Positions 47,872 to 63,518 are shown, counted from the first letter of the stretch. The stretch: 64,000 nucleotides of DNA from Eledone cirrhosa (GCA_964016885.1 OZ024742.1:300452001-300516000); one strand, 5' to 3'. Numbers and translations: made by a program. The notes: generated from the sequence alone by a model not told the origin.

Positions 47872-48697
47872 CATATAATGTGAGTGTGTGTATGTATATG
47901 TATGTATGTATGGGTGTTTGACCTAATTTCAATAGAAAGATATCAGACACAGCTGTGTTTCTAACATCAAACTGGAGCTCATTTATATATACCTGATATC
48001 AAAACGTCATTTGATATCACGTTAATTTGATAACTTCATTACTTTTCTTTTCGATTTTTGTCTTTTTAAAAATAGTTTTTATACTGTTCTTTTTCTCCAA
48101 GCGAGAAATTCTATGGTTAAAAGCATTCCATCCATGACCATCTAGTGTAATTCCTATGTACAGGGGACACAATACCATGAGAACAGGCAGGATGTATTTC
48201 ACGATTTCATTCTTAGTATCTCTAAAATGATAAAAAGATCATTGTTGGTTTGTGTTTGTTAAGGTTCCCCCTGATCTAATTAACCAATTGTTCAACACAA
48301 ATCTTAATAAAATATGTTTTTGTAGTGTGAAATGCAGATAATTTTGTTATTTAAGATAAATACTCACTATAAAGAGAAATAGTGCCATTTTCTATGGTGG
48401 CACGGTGTGATTTGTGTATGTTTAGTTGCTATTTCTAGTAAGTTAAATGACCAAGTAGAGGTTCTCTCGTTGCCTCATTTATACTCTATTGTACTTAATG
48501 GCAGAGGAGGTGAAAGCATCAGGAGAGTATCATTCAAAATACCATGTTGTATTTAGTTACTTTTTACGGTCTGTCGTCGACGTTTTCTTTCATCCTTCAT
48601 TAGGAACCAGATTAAATCGACTATATCAAATCTTGAAATATGTGAACTTTTGCCAACGCTGCGTGTTATTAATGCTGTGTATTGCTGTCTTCACTGT

Positions 48698-49008
48698 GAA
48701 GACACGTGGTTTTGTGGTTAGGGTATTCAGCTCACAATCGTAAGGTCGCGAGTTCGATTACTGGCGGTGCGTTGTGTCCTTCAGCAAGATACTTTATTTC
48801 ACGTTGCTCCAGTCCACTCAGCTGGAAAAAATGAGTTGTACCTGTAACTCGAAGGGCCAGCCTTGTCAAATTTCGTGTCACACTGAATCTCCCTGAGAAC
48901 TACGTTAAGGGTATGAGTGTCTGTGGAATGCTCAGCCACTTGCACGTTAATTTCACGAGTAAGCTGTTCCATTGAACTGGAACACTCGTCGTCGTAACCG
49001 ACGGAGTG
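48698..49008 (+). mobile_element. tRNA-derived SINE, family C
   Basis: TGG....GTGGTTAGG A box, GAGTTCGATTAC B box, then TTGTGTCCTT.AGCAAGA.ACTT core. Confidence 0.7.
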
Positions 49009-49786
49009 TCAATATTGCTGTCACAGCAACATCTTACATTACATACAACGCACAGATTCACACACACACATACGAACATATACGAACAAACACATATCTT
49101 ATCATTCATTTATTCACAATGTTAATGATGATGATGATGATGATGTCGTTGGTGGCTCGAGTACTTGCTGCAGAGTGAATTCCTTTAAAGGTAAGCTAGG
49201 CCTAAATAGTAGTGTTAAACTAGGTGACGAATCAATCTTCCCTATCTACCAATCATAGTATTTTAGGCATCATCATTAGTATTATTTTATTTATATATGT
49301 TTTGCAATTATCTAAGTATTTATTTCCGTTGTATTTCGGCTGTGAAAATGTAAATTAAGATGAGATAACCAAGTTTGGAATATTATCGCATCCCATCTGT
49401 AAAGTGGAGGTGCTGACCTATATAATAAAAGCTAAAGACTGTCTATTTGTCTTGAAGCCATTCCTTTTCACGTAATTAGGCATAGAGATTGAGATCTATT
49501 CCACAATATTCCATAAATAAACATTTTTCGAACCCAATATTCCAACTCGAAAAACAGGAATTTTCACGAAAAGAATGGACGTTCTAATGGAGTGGGAGAA
49601 AGAAGCAAAAGGCAGCTGAGGAGGAGATAAACAAACGGAATTTTGAAACATTTATCTCTGAATTCTTTTTCTCTCTTATCAATTCTCTGTCACGATCTAT
49701 TTCTTCACATCGCTCTCCCTCGATCTCTCTCGCGCCACACACAGACACACAATTATCTCCCCAGATGACAATATATATACATACAC

Positions 49787-49820
<34 letters not shown>

Positions 49821-50224
49821 GGGTTACAGTATCGTAAAAGAGGATAGAAGAGGTATAAAGAGGTGCGATACAGAATATTATATGCCAAAAGTGGATGCGT
49901 AAGTGTTCAATGCTTGGGTTATCAGGGTTAAATATTAGAGAAAGTTAATATTTAGTGTAAAGGTTAAGCAGAGCTGTAATAAGCAAAATAATTAATGAAA
50001 GAGTTACAAGCCGTTAAGATATATCTTTATATAGCTCTTACACGTCCCATTGGGCGAAACACATATACGAGCTATATAAAGATATGTCTTAACGGCTTGT
50101 AACTCTTTCATTATATGTATGTATATTTATATATATATACATATATATATATACATATATACACATATATATATATACATATATATATATACATATATAC
50201 ATATATATATAAATATATATATAC

Positions 50225-50257
<33 letters not shown>

Positions 50258-50278
50258 CATATATATACATATATATAC

Positions 50279-50321
<43 letters not shown>

Positions 50322-50348
50322 TAACATATATAACGATTACTTATTACC

Positions 50349-50400
<52 letters not shown>

Positions 50401-50456
50401 GTGAGGTTTTTTTTTACAAAATGAAAAATAACCGAGGTGTCCTACACGAGTGGAAG

Positions 50457-50862
<406 letters not shown>

Positions 50863-51664
50863 TAGAATTCACAAGAATCAAAGCTATGTTCAAAGCATTT
50901 ATTCACTTACAATTGTTTCATCCAAACCTAGGCTTGGAGTCTTCGGAGCATTTTTCAATGTTTGTACACATAATTGACCTCCTTTCCAACGCAAGAGACA
51001 TACAGATACATATATATATTGATGTACAGTGGAGTGACATATATTATACTATACTATTTTTGTACAGCAATTCAAAATCAAAATCAAAATTAAAATTAAA
51101 ATAAAAATAAAAATAAAAATTAAAATACATTCGGCAGATAACACAGATAATGCAAGAGGATAGTTTGATAGTCAGATCTAGTAGGTAGTGTATGCGTTAG
51201 TTACATATGGAGCATGCAAGTGTGTCTCATTTTTATACGATTATTGTGTGGCAGGTGATACATGTAATGCAAGTACTTTAAGCGGGTAAGCAAGAGTATT
51301 ATGGTGGTTGTAGTGGTAGGGTATTTTTTTGTATAGAACAAAAAAGTATGTGTGCAGAAAGATAAAAATAAAAAGAAGAAGCAAAAGAAAGTTATAGTTT
51401 TCGTATCCAGCACCATTTTCACATTCAGAAAAAGTAGGTTTGGATGAAACAATTGTAAGTGAATAAATGCTTTGAACATAGCTTTGATTCTTGTGAGTTC
51501 TATATAACTGCTCTGTAGAACAACTGATGCTATTACATTGAGCTATTTATCTTACTGGTAATAAAGTAGTAATAAATTACTGACCTTCACTGTTTCGGGT
51601 TTAAAATATACATAACTATAAAAAGTTTTAATATATACATAACCATAAATAGTATCCTTAATAT

Positions 51665-51697
<33 letters not shown>

Positions 51698-51750
51698 GCA
51701 TATATATATATATGTATATATAAATGTATATATATGTTTATGTGTATATA

Positions 51751-51819
<69 letters not shown>

Positions 51820-52127
51820 TTATGTATGTATATATATATATATATTTATGTATGTATATATATATACATAAATATATATACATATATATATATTTTGAGT
51901 ATATGTTGGTTGTATACCAACACCTCAGTATGCAGAATGGAGCTCTCGACGAAGTGCGCAGGTTGGTTTGGTTACTCCGGAGTAATGTAAAATAAAATAA
52001 AATATCACATCATATGATTCCAGTTCCTCAGTGAAATAACAACCAACCAGGAACTGGGCATATCAGAGTATTGACAAAGTTATACACCTCAACAACATGT
52101 GCACTCGTCTCTACCACATTAATTCGG

Positions 52128-52182
52128 ACTGCCTGAAGAGGTCACAGCCAAAGATGGCTGTCACCGAAATATATATAGCAGT
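52128..52182 (+). ncRNA. Type I HHR (intact relative 41315-41370 -; mutated relatives in the 14737 and 40262 elements)
   Basis: ACUGC CUGAAGA GGUCACAGCCA..UGGCUGUCACC GAAA UAUAUAUA^GCAGU; the 41315 copy has compensatory CAUAGCCA/UGGCUAU. Confidence 0.85.
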
Positions 52183-52274
52183 AATAAATGAAGCCAAATT
52201 TTAAACATTTGACTTATTTATTTTATTTTATTTTACATATATATATATATTATATATATATATATTTATTTATT

Positions 52275-52358
<84 letters not shown>

Positions 52359-52482
52359 AATATATATACACATAAATATATATACACATAAATATATATA
52401 CACATAAATATATATACATAAATATATATACACATAAATATATATACACATAAAATGTATATATACATAAATACATATACAC

Positions 52483-52552
<70 letters not shown>

Positions 52553-52557
52553 TATAT

Positions 52558-52640
<83 letters not shown>

Positions 52641-52659
52641 CATATATATATACATATAC

Positions 52660-52698
<39 letters not shown>

Positions 52699-52859
52699 TA
52701 CACACATCAATGGTATTAATAAATGGAAACTATATTTATAAAACCATCTTTATTCTATTATATATATTTCAAGGGTACCAAAACATTGGTACGCCTCTCA
52801 TCAGATAAAATACAAAGTTTGTTTTATAAATATTGACATATCCAGGAAGGAGACCTTAT

Positions 52860-53371
52860 ATGGGGTAACAAGTTATCGTTATAGGTAATCCAGTTAGAGG
52901 TTGCGAGTACTCTGTGTCGTGGATAGTTTTAACGTACGGCTTTGTTTGACTCAACAAGATGTTTCCATGGTTATGCAGCGAGTTCGCGGTAATTCCTATG
53001 CAGGTTATACTTGGAGTAATAACAGTGAAAGAGTGAAGAGTAACATGGTTAGCTGTACAACAAGGGACTTTATTTTAGGTATTGACAATTGTTTCATTGA
53101 TCAGGTGAGTCTAGAGGTCGCTAATCGTTTGAAGTTGCGTCACTCGATCTCCATTACATTATTTACCTCTGACCAACTCGTCAGAAAACGAAAATATATG
53201 CAGGAACCACCTTTTCTGATGAGTTGGTCAGAGATAAATAATGTAATGGAGATCTAGTGACGCAACTTCAAGCGATTAGCGACCTCTAGAATCACCTGAT
53301 CAATGAAACAATTGTCAATACCTAAAATAAAGTCCCTTGTTGTACAGCCAACCATGTTACTCTTCACTCTT

Positions 53372-53377
<6 letters not shown>
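52860..53377. mobile_element. ORF-less PLE inverted pLTR pair with long-stem-II HHRs (53079-53190 -, 53212-53321 +)
   Basis: CUGA(U/C)GA GUUGGUCAG...CUGAUCAAU GAAAC AAUU GUC. Confidence 0.75.
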
Positions 53378-53422
<45 letters not shown>

Positions 53423-53430
<8 letters not shown>

Positions 53431-56400
53431 AGATCAAAAGATGGTTAAAGGAGTTCCATATATTTTATTATGCGCATTTCAAAAACAAACATCATCAAGC
53501 AATAATATTTGTGTTTTCATCAGATAAAACAGAACATGATATGAAGGCTAAAAAAAACACTTGTTGATAGTGCAGTTTTAAATCAACATATGAAAAGTGG
53601 TTTTAGATTGATGTGTGATATTGGGAAAAATATTTTATTTAGAGAGGGGGGGGGGAGAAGGATGAAAAGGGAAGGAGATGAGAGGGAGAGATGGGTGATA
53701 GAGAGAAAGAGATAGTTTTTATAACTGAGAGGAGATATATTTTTTACATAGAGGGGTTGAAAACCGTTGGAAGATACTGTATAAATTAAAAATTTTGAAA
53801 ATTAACGAAGGGAGGATATGTGCGAGGAAAAAATATTTTATTTAGGGAGGGTGGGGTGGAAAGGATGAAAAAAAGGGGGGAGGAGATGAGAGTGAAGGTG
53901 GAGAGGGAGAGATGGGTGATAGAGAGAAAGAGATAGTTTTTATAACTGAGAAAAAGATATATTGTTTTAATATAGAGACGTTGGGAACCGTTGGAAGATA
54001 ATGTATAAATTAAAGGGATTTGAAAATTAACGAAGGGAAATTATGTATGAAGATAGAGAGAAAAAAAAAATAATTGTGGGTGAATATTCTAACGTCAAAA
54101 GAAGAAATGTATGTATTTCGCCTTCACTTCTCAATAATGCTCTATCTTTCGCACTTAAATATTCTGACATCACCACAGATGAACTTCACATCATCCTCAC
54201 CGCACGTAAAACCATCCTAGAGTTCAACAACGAATATTGGACCAGAGCCGATACCTCTAACAACTTCGACATCACAATGGGAGCATCCGATTCATCCCAA
54301 TTGACTGATTTAATTGGTATCTTCATTTTGAACTCTTTGAGTCGGAAAATTCCTCAACTTCGCGGTGGAATTTATCGTGACGATGGACTCTTTACTATCC
54401 TAAATTGCAATATAGTTAAACTTAATATTATTAAGAACAATATACGTAATCTCTTTAACCAACATAACCTAAAAATTGAATTTGATAATAGTATCAAACT
54501 AGCTAATTTCTTGGATGTATCTCTTAATCTTGACACTGGCCTATATTACCCTTACCATAAAAACAATGAGAATCTTAATTATGTTAACTTTAAATCTAAC
54601 CATCCTACCAATATCAAGAATGCTATAGTTAATAATATTGGAAATAGAATATCTAACATATCTTCTAATAAAAACATCTTTGATGCTAACGCCAATTACT
54701 ATAATAACGCACTTTCTAAAGCCGGCTATCCAGATAAAATCAAATATAATAAAGAAACAAATTCTAGGAAAACTTACAGTAGAATAATTAATCTTGACCA
54801 TTCCAATAATTTTAATAAAAGACCTAGATACAAAAACATAATCTGGTATAATGCTCCTTTCTCCATCTCTATTAATAACAATATTCCTAAATTATTTTTT
54901 AGTGCCTTAAATAAATGCTTCCCTCCCTCACATATCTATAGTAAAATATTTAACAAACACACCATCAAATTTTCGTATTCTACATCCTCCAATATTTCCA
55001 ACATCATCTCTAAACACAACAACAAAATATTAAATACTAAATCTCTTCCTTCCAATATTGAATTTCATAATAACAGTAATAGTACTCCCGACGTCATTGT
55101 AAACCCTAGGCTAACTTCTGTAAACCCAAATACAACGTCAAACACAACTTCGCTAAATGTTCAAAATCCAACTCTAAATCAAGAAACTATTATTCCTATT
55201 ATTCCTATCGCAAACAACTTCTCCAATCCAATTCCTTCTATAGATAACACTAGATCACTCATTAATAATCTCTCTAATTGCAACTGCCGCATTAAAAATA
55301 AATGTCCTCTCAACAACCATTGCCTCGATAAAAACTTAATTTATGAATGTAAAATTATAACTAGCACCAATTCCTTCACCTATTTTGGCTCCACTTCCAC
55401 CTCTTTTAAAGCTCGTCTCTATAATCATCATTCATCTTTCAAATACAAACTTAAAAGAACTAACACTGCTCTCTCAGAACTCATATGGTCCTTAAAAGAC
55501 AAAAACATTAAATATAACATCTTTTGGAAAAAGATTTCTTCTGCATCCTCATACTTGAACAGCTCTCTATCTAAAATCTGTAATCTCTGCCTAAATGAAA
55601 AATTTACCATTATCTCTAACCTAGAATCTATAATAAATAGACGCTCAGATTTGTTTTCTATCTGCCTGCATAAATTCCATAGAACTTTTCACAAAGTATA
55701 CAGTTAATATTCAATTCTTTATCAATTTAGAATCTTTTCTCAAAGGCACATATACATACACCTCTTTAAAATATACCCATCTACCTTACTTTAAAGGGCA
55801 TTATACACTCTATAATACTTGTTTACTCATTACCCTCATTCTATCTTCTCGTAAAATAATAACATTTGTTTTTGACATTTTGAATATTCATCCGCAATCA
55901 TTATTATTTTTTCTCTCTATCATAAATCTTTTTAATCTCAATTTCATCCTTTATTTATTATTATTTTTTTCTCCCCATCAACGAACTCATTATTAATACA
56001 TATCAATTCAATATACAAACTTTAACTTCACATTATTTTTCTCAAATCCTTCTACACTTCTCAAATCCTTCTACCTTAACAATTTTTCTCTTCGCTAATT
56101 TTGAAATTGCCACAATACATACATTTCTTCTTTTGACGTTAGAATATTCACCCACAATTATTATTTTTTGCTCTCTATCTTCATACATAATTTCCCTTCG
56201 TTAATTTTCAAATCCCTTTAATTTATACATTATCTTCCAACGGTTCCCAACCTCTCTATATTAAAACAATATATCTTTTTCTCAGTTATAAAAACTATCT
56301 CTTTCTCTCTATCACCCATCTCTCCCTCTCCACCTTCACTCTCATCTCCTCCCCCCTTTTTTTCATCCTTTCCACCCCACCCTCCCTAAATAAAATATTT

Positions 56401-56894
56401 TTTCCTCGCACATATCCTCCCTTCGTTAATTTTCAAAAATTTTAATTTATACAGTATCTTCCAACGGTTTTCAACCCCTCTATGTAAAAAATATATCTCC
56501 TCTCAGTTATAAAAACTATCTCTTTCTCTCTATCACCCATCTCTCCCTCTCATCTCCTTCCCTTTTCATCCTTCTCCCCCCCCCCTCTCTAAATAAAATA
56601 TTTTTCCCAATATCACACATCAATCTAAAACCACTTTTCATATGTTGATTTAAAACTGCACTATCAACAAGTGTTTTTTTTAGCCTTCATATCATGTTCT
56701 CCTGTTTTATCTGATGAAAACACAAATATTATTGCTTGATGATGTTTGTTTTTGAAATGCGCATAATAAAATATATGGAACTCCTTTAACCATCTTTTGA
56801 TCTTATATTATGCATACTCCAGTCCCACAAACTGTAGAGTGCTTCTTATCCGATATCTGCATTGCTTTATTGTACTACAATAAAACTCACCTCC

Positions 56895-56897
<3 letters not shown>
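53423..56897 (+). mobile_element. Penelope-like element 4: second, more truncated copy of the PLE3 family with ~690-bp inverted pLTR (53423-54117)
   Basis: Near-identical to PLE3 in the opposite orientation; (TA)n flanks. Confidence 0.92.
54115..55707 (+). pseudogene. 5'-truncated PLE RT + GIY-YIG ORF (from ISPSLLNNAL)
   Basis: Differs from the PLE3 protein at only a handful of residues; the tracked N-terminal 24 aa are antisense pLTR. Confidence 0.88.
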
Positions 56898-56963
<66 letters not shown>

Positions 56964-57177
56964 CTCTGTGTGTGTGTGTGTGTGTGCGGGTGCGTGCGGG
57001 TATGTGACTTTTATTGTAGAAAAGCATCAATGAAACACAATTTATAAAGTAGATATATATTATTCTTTTAGAGCCTTGAAGCTATATCGTTCATTTAAGG
57101 GCTTAGAGTTTCGTTCACATAGCACAAATTAAACTTAATAATTGCTTTAATGTATGTATGTATATATATATATATAT

Positions 57178-57385
57178 ATAACCGGATGGTTGTTTATATA
57201 ATGTCAAAGCTCTTTCGTCACACATTCTGTGACCTCCTCAGTGACTAGGTTTTTATTTTGTGTCTCTCCTTTGATCTGTCCTACACCATCTGAGGATGTC
57301 ACAGAATGTGTGACGAAAGAACCGTGACAATATATAAACAACCATCCGGTTATCGAACCAGCCAACCAACCGGAAATTTATAATA
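57178..57385. mobile_element. Small inverted pLTR pair with HHR-like motif (57203-57245 -)
   Basis: GUCA CUGAGGA G GUCAC..GUGAC GAAAG AG CUU^UGAC; mirror arm 57290-57352 is degenerate. Confidence 0.6.
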
Positions 57386-57543
57386 AATTATATATATATA
57401 TATATATAGTTATGCCAGAAACATGAATATATTGCAAATGAAAGGTGTCAAGTATTTCCATGTCAACTCCTCCTCCCCTCTGAAGATTACAATCAATAAA
57501 CAAACAAAATAACATACATAAATCAATAAAATTAATATCTCAC

Positions 57544-57723
57544 CCCACGTAGCATTTGTCCGATACATCCACCCCAGGTATAGTTTTCGAACAGTGTACC
57601 GTAGTTCTTGTCAACACATTCACTGATGGTATATGTGAAATTGTTCATTTCCGCAACCTCCTCAAAGACATTGATTGTATAACCAGTGAATGTGCCGTTT
57701 TCTAGAAGCACAAAAGGTGGTTC
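57544..57723 (-). CDS. iGluR/IR25a-like receptor exon (S1 first half; EPPFV...YGTLFENYTWGGCIGQMLRG)
   Basis: tacAG / GTgaga, 180 nt, phase 0/0. Canonical S1 motifs EPPFV, F.GY.I, YG, W.G.IG. Confidence 0.92.
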
Positions 57724-57919
57724 CTGTAATAGGAAACAATAAGAATAACAATAAAAAATGACAATAACTGCAACAATGGTATAGGAAGGTCCCATAACTG
57801 CTGATAGAGTCGTATTGGGACCGTATTAACATACAGCGTTTCTTGGGCATTTTAAGCCTGGCGGAGCCCATCCCTCTCCAGGCCCGAGTACAGCAGATTT
57901 CTTCCAGAGGGAGGAAGAA

Positions 57920-59067
57920 TCGACCCCAGTACTAGATTGGTACTTTTTTTTATCAACCTCGAAAGAATGGAAGGCAAAGTTGACCTCGACGGGATTTGAA
58001 CTCAGTGAGCCGAGAGTCAGAACGAATAACATAAAGCATTCTTTCCGACGTTCTAATGAGTCTGTCAATTCGTCGCCTTATGTAGGAATGGTATTGCTGT
58101 AGTTTTAACGTAGTGTTGTAGTGTTACATTCTAAAAAGTCTAAAGTCTGTCTTAAGCCAGAAGGTTCATTTGGCCGGTGTTTATCCCGGTTTTATGGCGT
58201 GAAGTGACTGAAAGTACAAGACTCCCCGCTGGACAGGACGCCAGTCCATCGCAGTGTTAAATCCCTAACTATTGCTGGTACTCATTTTCAGCTGAGTATA
58301 CTGGAGCAACGTGAAATGAAGTGTTTTGCTCAAGAACACAACACGCAACCCGGGAATCGAACCCATGACATTATGACTGTAAGTCCATCACCCTTACCAC
58401 TAGACCTCGTGCCTCCACAATAGTGTTATTATCGAACATCATTAGAGTTAGTACAGTTCATATACACATTGTAGTTTAATAATTGTTTCTACATTTGGCA
58501 CAAGGCAAGCAATTTAAAGGGAAGAGGAAAGTCGATTAAATCGACGCCCAGTGCGTGTCTGGGACTTTATTTATCGACCCCGTAAGGATGAAAGGCAGGA
58601 TTTGAACTCAGTTTAATAATTGTTTCTTCTTTTAGCACAAGGCCAGCAATTTTCCCAGTGCATTACAGGTACTTTATTTTATTGACCCGTGATGAAAGGC
58701 AAAATTAGCATCGGCGGAATTTGAACTCAGACCGTAAAGGGCCGTAGCTACAAAGCATGGTGTCCGACCTAATAATGGTGTTATTGCAGTGTTAATTTAG
58801 TACTATTATAGTACAGAAATAGTGTTTTTATTGTATAGAGAATGGTAGTGGATTGACAGTATCGGCAGAGCATCGGACACAATGCTTTTCACCATAGAGT
58901 TATGACCCTTTACGCCCTGAGTTCAAATCCCGCCGAGGTTAGCTTTACTTTTCATCCTTACGGGGGGTCGATAAATAAACCACCAGTAAAACACTGGGGC
59001 CGATTTAATCGACTTTTCTCGCTCCCCCACTTCTAATTTCTGGTCTTGTGTCTATAGTAGAAACAAT
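57920..59067. mobile_element. SINE cluster: family A copies (~57920-58078 -, 58480-58610 -, 58617-58770 -, 58845-59067 +) and one family B copy (58165-58396 -)
   Basis: Shared core ttttatcgaccccgtaaggatgaaaggcaaag...gatttgaactcag; the family B copy matches 40745-40996. Confidence 0.8.
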
Positions 59068-59105
59068 TATAGTGTAGACAGATGTTTTATTATATTTTTA
59101 CTTAC

Positions 59106-59207
59106 AATTATTGTTATAGCTCTGAGTGTTTTAAAACGCCAATTGTTGGTATGTGTCTCGTTTAGGTTGAACAGAACCAAACCGGACGATCGATTCCAGT
59201 AGCCAAA
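59106..59207 (-). CDS. iGluR/IR25a-like receptor exon (ATD-S1 linker; FGYWNRSSGL...KTLRAITII)
   Basis: tacAG / GTaagt, 102 nt, phase 0/0. G.W....GL and TLR..TI motifs precede EPPF of S1. Confidence 0.85.
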
Positions 59208-59294
59208 CTGTAAACAACAAATTAATAAAGACAGACTCAAATAGTAGAAATGATTGGTGACAAGAAAACACACGCGCACACACACACACACACG

Positions 59295-59372
<78 letters not shown>

Positions 59373-60520
59373 CACACACACATACACCCCCCCACACATA
59401 CAATCACACGCATGCACATACACGTACACGCGCGTGCACACATAAACACACATACATACACACAGAGACACAAATACATACACACACACACACAAACATA
59501 CACAAACACACACATAAACATACACACACGTGCACGTAAACACACATACATACACACCCACAAACACCTACACACAGTCACAAATACACACACACACACA
59601 CACATACATACACACCCACAAACACCTACACACAGATATACAAATACAAGCACATGCACACATCTAAACATACGAGACACTGCATCCTTTAAAACCTCCA
59701 TGCTTCCTGAGATTCGCCAACACTACACCTGATGTCCCCCCTCCATACACACGTACACATATACTTCATGACTCGTACACTGTTCATTTTCCTGACATTT
59801 GTACATTATTCTATGTACTATATATATGCATCTTTGATGAGTTGTGGTGCACCTGAGCACTGTACACAATAATTTCATTATTATTATTATCATTATTATA
59901 TACACAGGGCGGTGAATTAAAAGTACCAGTAATGCACTGGGTAATTGCTGGCCTTGTGCCTAAAGTAGAAACAATTATTATATACACACACAAACATACA
60001 TACACTTAAATACGTACACCTGCAAACACATACACACAGATATACAAACACACACACGTATACACAAGCACACACAAAAATCATGGCAATGTCGGTAATA
60101 TTTTATATTCTCAGAAAGATTTCATTTATAGAAATTTCGAATTTTACTTCATACAATTCACGTCGACTCGAGGGTAAATGCCGTAATGAGATCGAACCCT
60201 GACCTAAAGATTTCGAAGTGAGCCTATTAACCATTCGGCAATGCTGCTTTCACTAGGGTAGACTACGGTATCTGACTCACAATGTACCAAAAATTAGTAT
60301 ATACTGCAGACCTGTCAACCTCTAAAACCCCAAACGGAGAATACCATTTAAAAAAGTGCCCCCAAAACGAGGAGAAATGAGACAAAATGGGGAGATTTTA
60401 CATAATTAAAGCTATACCCATTTTCACATCTCTCACTCACCCTAAAGTGGGTGGGGGATCTCCCCGTCGGACGAGGAGAGTTAAAGGTCTGTGTAATGTG
60501 CTATCGCTATTATATCTTAC

Positions 60521-60628
60521 CTGTTCAGGGACTGCAGAGCTGTCTAGATGGTACAAACCAAAGGTCACCTGGCGATGTCCATTCTCAGAATCGAAAGAGA
60601 ATGGTCCACTGCATCCATAGAACTGTGT
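60521..60628 (-). CDS. iGluR/IR25a-like receptor exon (end of ATD; TQFYGCSGPFSFDSENGHRQVTFGLYHLDSSAVPEQ)
   Basis: tacAG / GTaaga, 108 nt, phase 0/0. G.SG.F.FD..G.R motif typical of the iGluR ATD C-terminus. Confidence 0.85.
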
Positions 60629-60771
60629 CTGTATTATATAATAGAAACTGTCTTGATTATTATATGTCTCCCCACCAACAGCACTACCCAGAGCACCCAC
60701 ATCAAATACACTATATACAGATACAACAGCAGCAATTGCACACACCACCGCACTACTTCTACTACTATTAA

Positions 60772-61363
60772 TAATTGTTTCTACTATAAGCACAAGGCCA
60801 GAAATTTTGGGGGAGGGAAAAGTCGTTTAAATCGACTCCAGTGCATTGCTAGTGTTTTATTTTATCGACCCCGTAAGGATGAAAGGCAAAGCTAACCTTG
60901 GCAGGATTGAACTCAGAACGTAAAGGGTCGTAACTCTATGTCGCGAAGCATGGTGTCTGATACTAATAATTGTTTCTACTATTGTCACAAGCCCAGCAAT
61001 TACCCAGTACATTACTGGTACTTTATTTTATCGACCCCGTAAGGATGAAAGGCAAAGTTAACCTCGGCGGGATTTGAACTCAGAATGGCAAGGGCCGTAA
61101 CTCTATGCGTCAAAGCATGGCGTCCGACCCTCTACCGAAACTGCCAATTCACCGCCAAACTAATAATGCTTTCTTATATAGGTACAAGGCCAGTAATTTG
61201 GGGGGGGGGGGGAGAGGAAAGTCGTTACTGGGGCTTTATTTTATCGACCCCGTAAGGATGAAAAGCAAAGTTAACCTCTGCGTGATTTGAACTCAGACCG
61301 TAAAGGACTGCAACTCTATGCTGCAAAGCATGGTGTCCGACTCTACCGATACTGCCAATCCAC
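60772..61363 (-). mobile_element. Three head-to-tail family A SINE copies
   Basis: Core motif repeated at about 60865, 61030 and 61243. Confidence 0.8.
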
Positions 61364-61384
61364 CTGATGCTAATAATAATAATG

Positions 61385-61700
61385 ATAAGGTGGATGAGAC
61401 TTGTAATGTCATCTAAATTGAATGGGAGGAATAAGATCAAGGTAACGTATACTTGGGCTGTCTCTCATGTGGTATGGGGCAGTAGATATTAAACGGAGGA
61501 AAGATCAATTTGAAAGTATTGATAGGAAGGCTAGGAAATTGATGACAGTGCATACAGAACTCCACCCAAAGAGAGATGTAAGATTTTATGTTGGTAAAAA
61601 GAAAGGAAGTAGGGGGCTAATAAGTTGTGAAAATTGTGTCAAAAGCGAAAAGAATAACTTAATTTGGTACCTTAAAAATCATGTCAAAAGTCAGAGACCT
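61385..61700 (+). mobile_element. Decayed non-LTR RT C-terminal fragment (R4/Dong-like)
   Basis: SKLNGRNKIK, IDRKARKLMT...LHPK.DV...RGLI motifs; frameshifted. Confidence 0.55.
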
Positions 61701-62946
61701 TGACACATTGAAATCTGCTGATGCAGTAGCATCTAACGAATGTAAGATGTATTGCTGACCTCTAGGTTTATGTCGAGCACCTGCTGTCACGTGTAGGACG
61801 GAACTGACTATCAACTGAGTCCATCGTGAAAATCGTTCCGCCGTCTTCCTTTAGAGGGGAACGACAGGCAGTTTTTATCTGCCTGGTGGCCATGGCGAAA
61901 GAGGTCGCGTGGTCGATGTTTTTGAAAGGGTTCAAAACAAGTAGTTTCCTCTTCGGCGAAGCCCTGATTAACTGAACAAATTTACTCGGGGTGGGAGAGG
62001 CGCACTTCCCTCACCAACCTCACCATTCTTTCAAAGGTATACTTGATATAGTTGACAGGAAAACTAGAGGCTCCTACTTGCTAATATGGCTCGATTTTCA
62101 CGATAAAGTCGGCTTGATATATACCCACAAATGATTAATCCACGAACACTGAAAGAATGACTGCTGGATTGTGTCTGTTCTCTGTATACATCGGTTGCTG
62201 ACAGCTCCAGCACTGTCACTGTCATACATTTAGAGTTCATCGCAGTTCGTGAATCCTTTATTATCGCATACCATGGAGCATGGCCATCATTAGATTATTG
62301 GCCATCATTAGATCATACTATAACTGGAGCAAGGAACCTGTCGATTAAAGCTGGTCATTAGACTTACTACCAGATCTTCTGGTTCGGGGATGACCAGCGG
62401 CGGTGGTGGAAGCATTTCTGAATTGTGTGTGTGTCGGGGGGGGGGGGGACAATTTAGTCGTAGTGATTAGTTTAGCTCTTTGCATTCTTAAATGGTCATA
62501 AAAATTCGATATGCGATAATAAACATAACATGTATATAAATTGTAGCACATATCCAAACCAAATAGATGTGTGTTTTACTAGTTTGGAGAAAAATATAAT
62601 TATTGGAATCTAAGTACATTTTATCAGTTATCTCTTCGTCCCTCAAATACTACATATAATGTACCCTATAGTAGTTCTTACATGTCAATTTCATACATCT
62701 GTATCATATCAGTTCGTTTACCATGCTAATTTTATCATTATATTCTATTTCTTACTTATATTGATGTTATTATTTTAACTATTGTTCTGTACTGTATTGT
62801 ACTGTACTGTATTGTCCTGTACTGTCCTTAATGTCTACTTTATGTAAACCCTTGTGGTTAATAAAGAAAACATTATTTTAACTATTCAGTATCTAGTCAT
62901 TTTGTTATTGATATTATTGTACTTGCGTATTATCCTCACATCCGCT

Positions 62947-63046
62947 TGCTCTGATGAATTGACTGGTTATAAACAAAGTATTGGAGATCGATTGACGCAA
63001 CATCAAACAATTAACGAGCTCTAGATCAAAGAAACAATTGTCAGCA
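62947..63046 (+). ncRNA. Type I HHR with long stem II in a solo PLE terminus (62940-63270)
   Basis: UGCU CUGAUGA AUUGA...UCAAA GAAAC AAUU GUC^AGCA. Confidence 0.65.
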
Positions 63047-63271
63047 CTGTGAATAAAGCCCTTATTGTACAGCCAACCATGTTACTCTTATTCCTTGAAT
63101 TATTATTACTCCAAGTATAACCTACATAGAAATCACTACGAACTCGCTGCATCACTATGGAAACATCTTGTTGAGTCAAACAAAGCCGTACGTTAAAACC
63201 ATCCACAACACGGAGTACTCTAACTGGACTACCTCTAAGTGGATTGCCTATAACGATAACTTCTTATCCCG

Positions 63272-63303
<32 letters not shown>

Positions 63304-63518
63304 TTCATTTATTATGGCTATTGGTGAGCTTTATTACTGTAAAGTTTCACCTGCGCACTCACAGGATCACCAGTCTTGTCTGATGAGTACGCATGTGAGA
63401 TTCCACCGCCCCTCATGACTTGCTTCTAAACAACACCACTACCAATATCAGCACCACTTCCCTTCACTATTATCATATGTAAACATGTTTATTAGAAAAA
63501 ATGTAAAGCTATACTCAC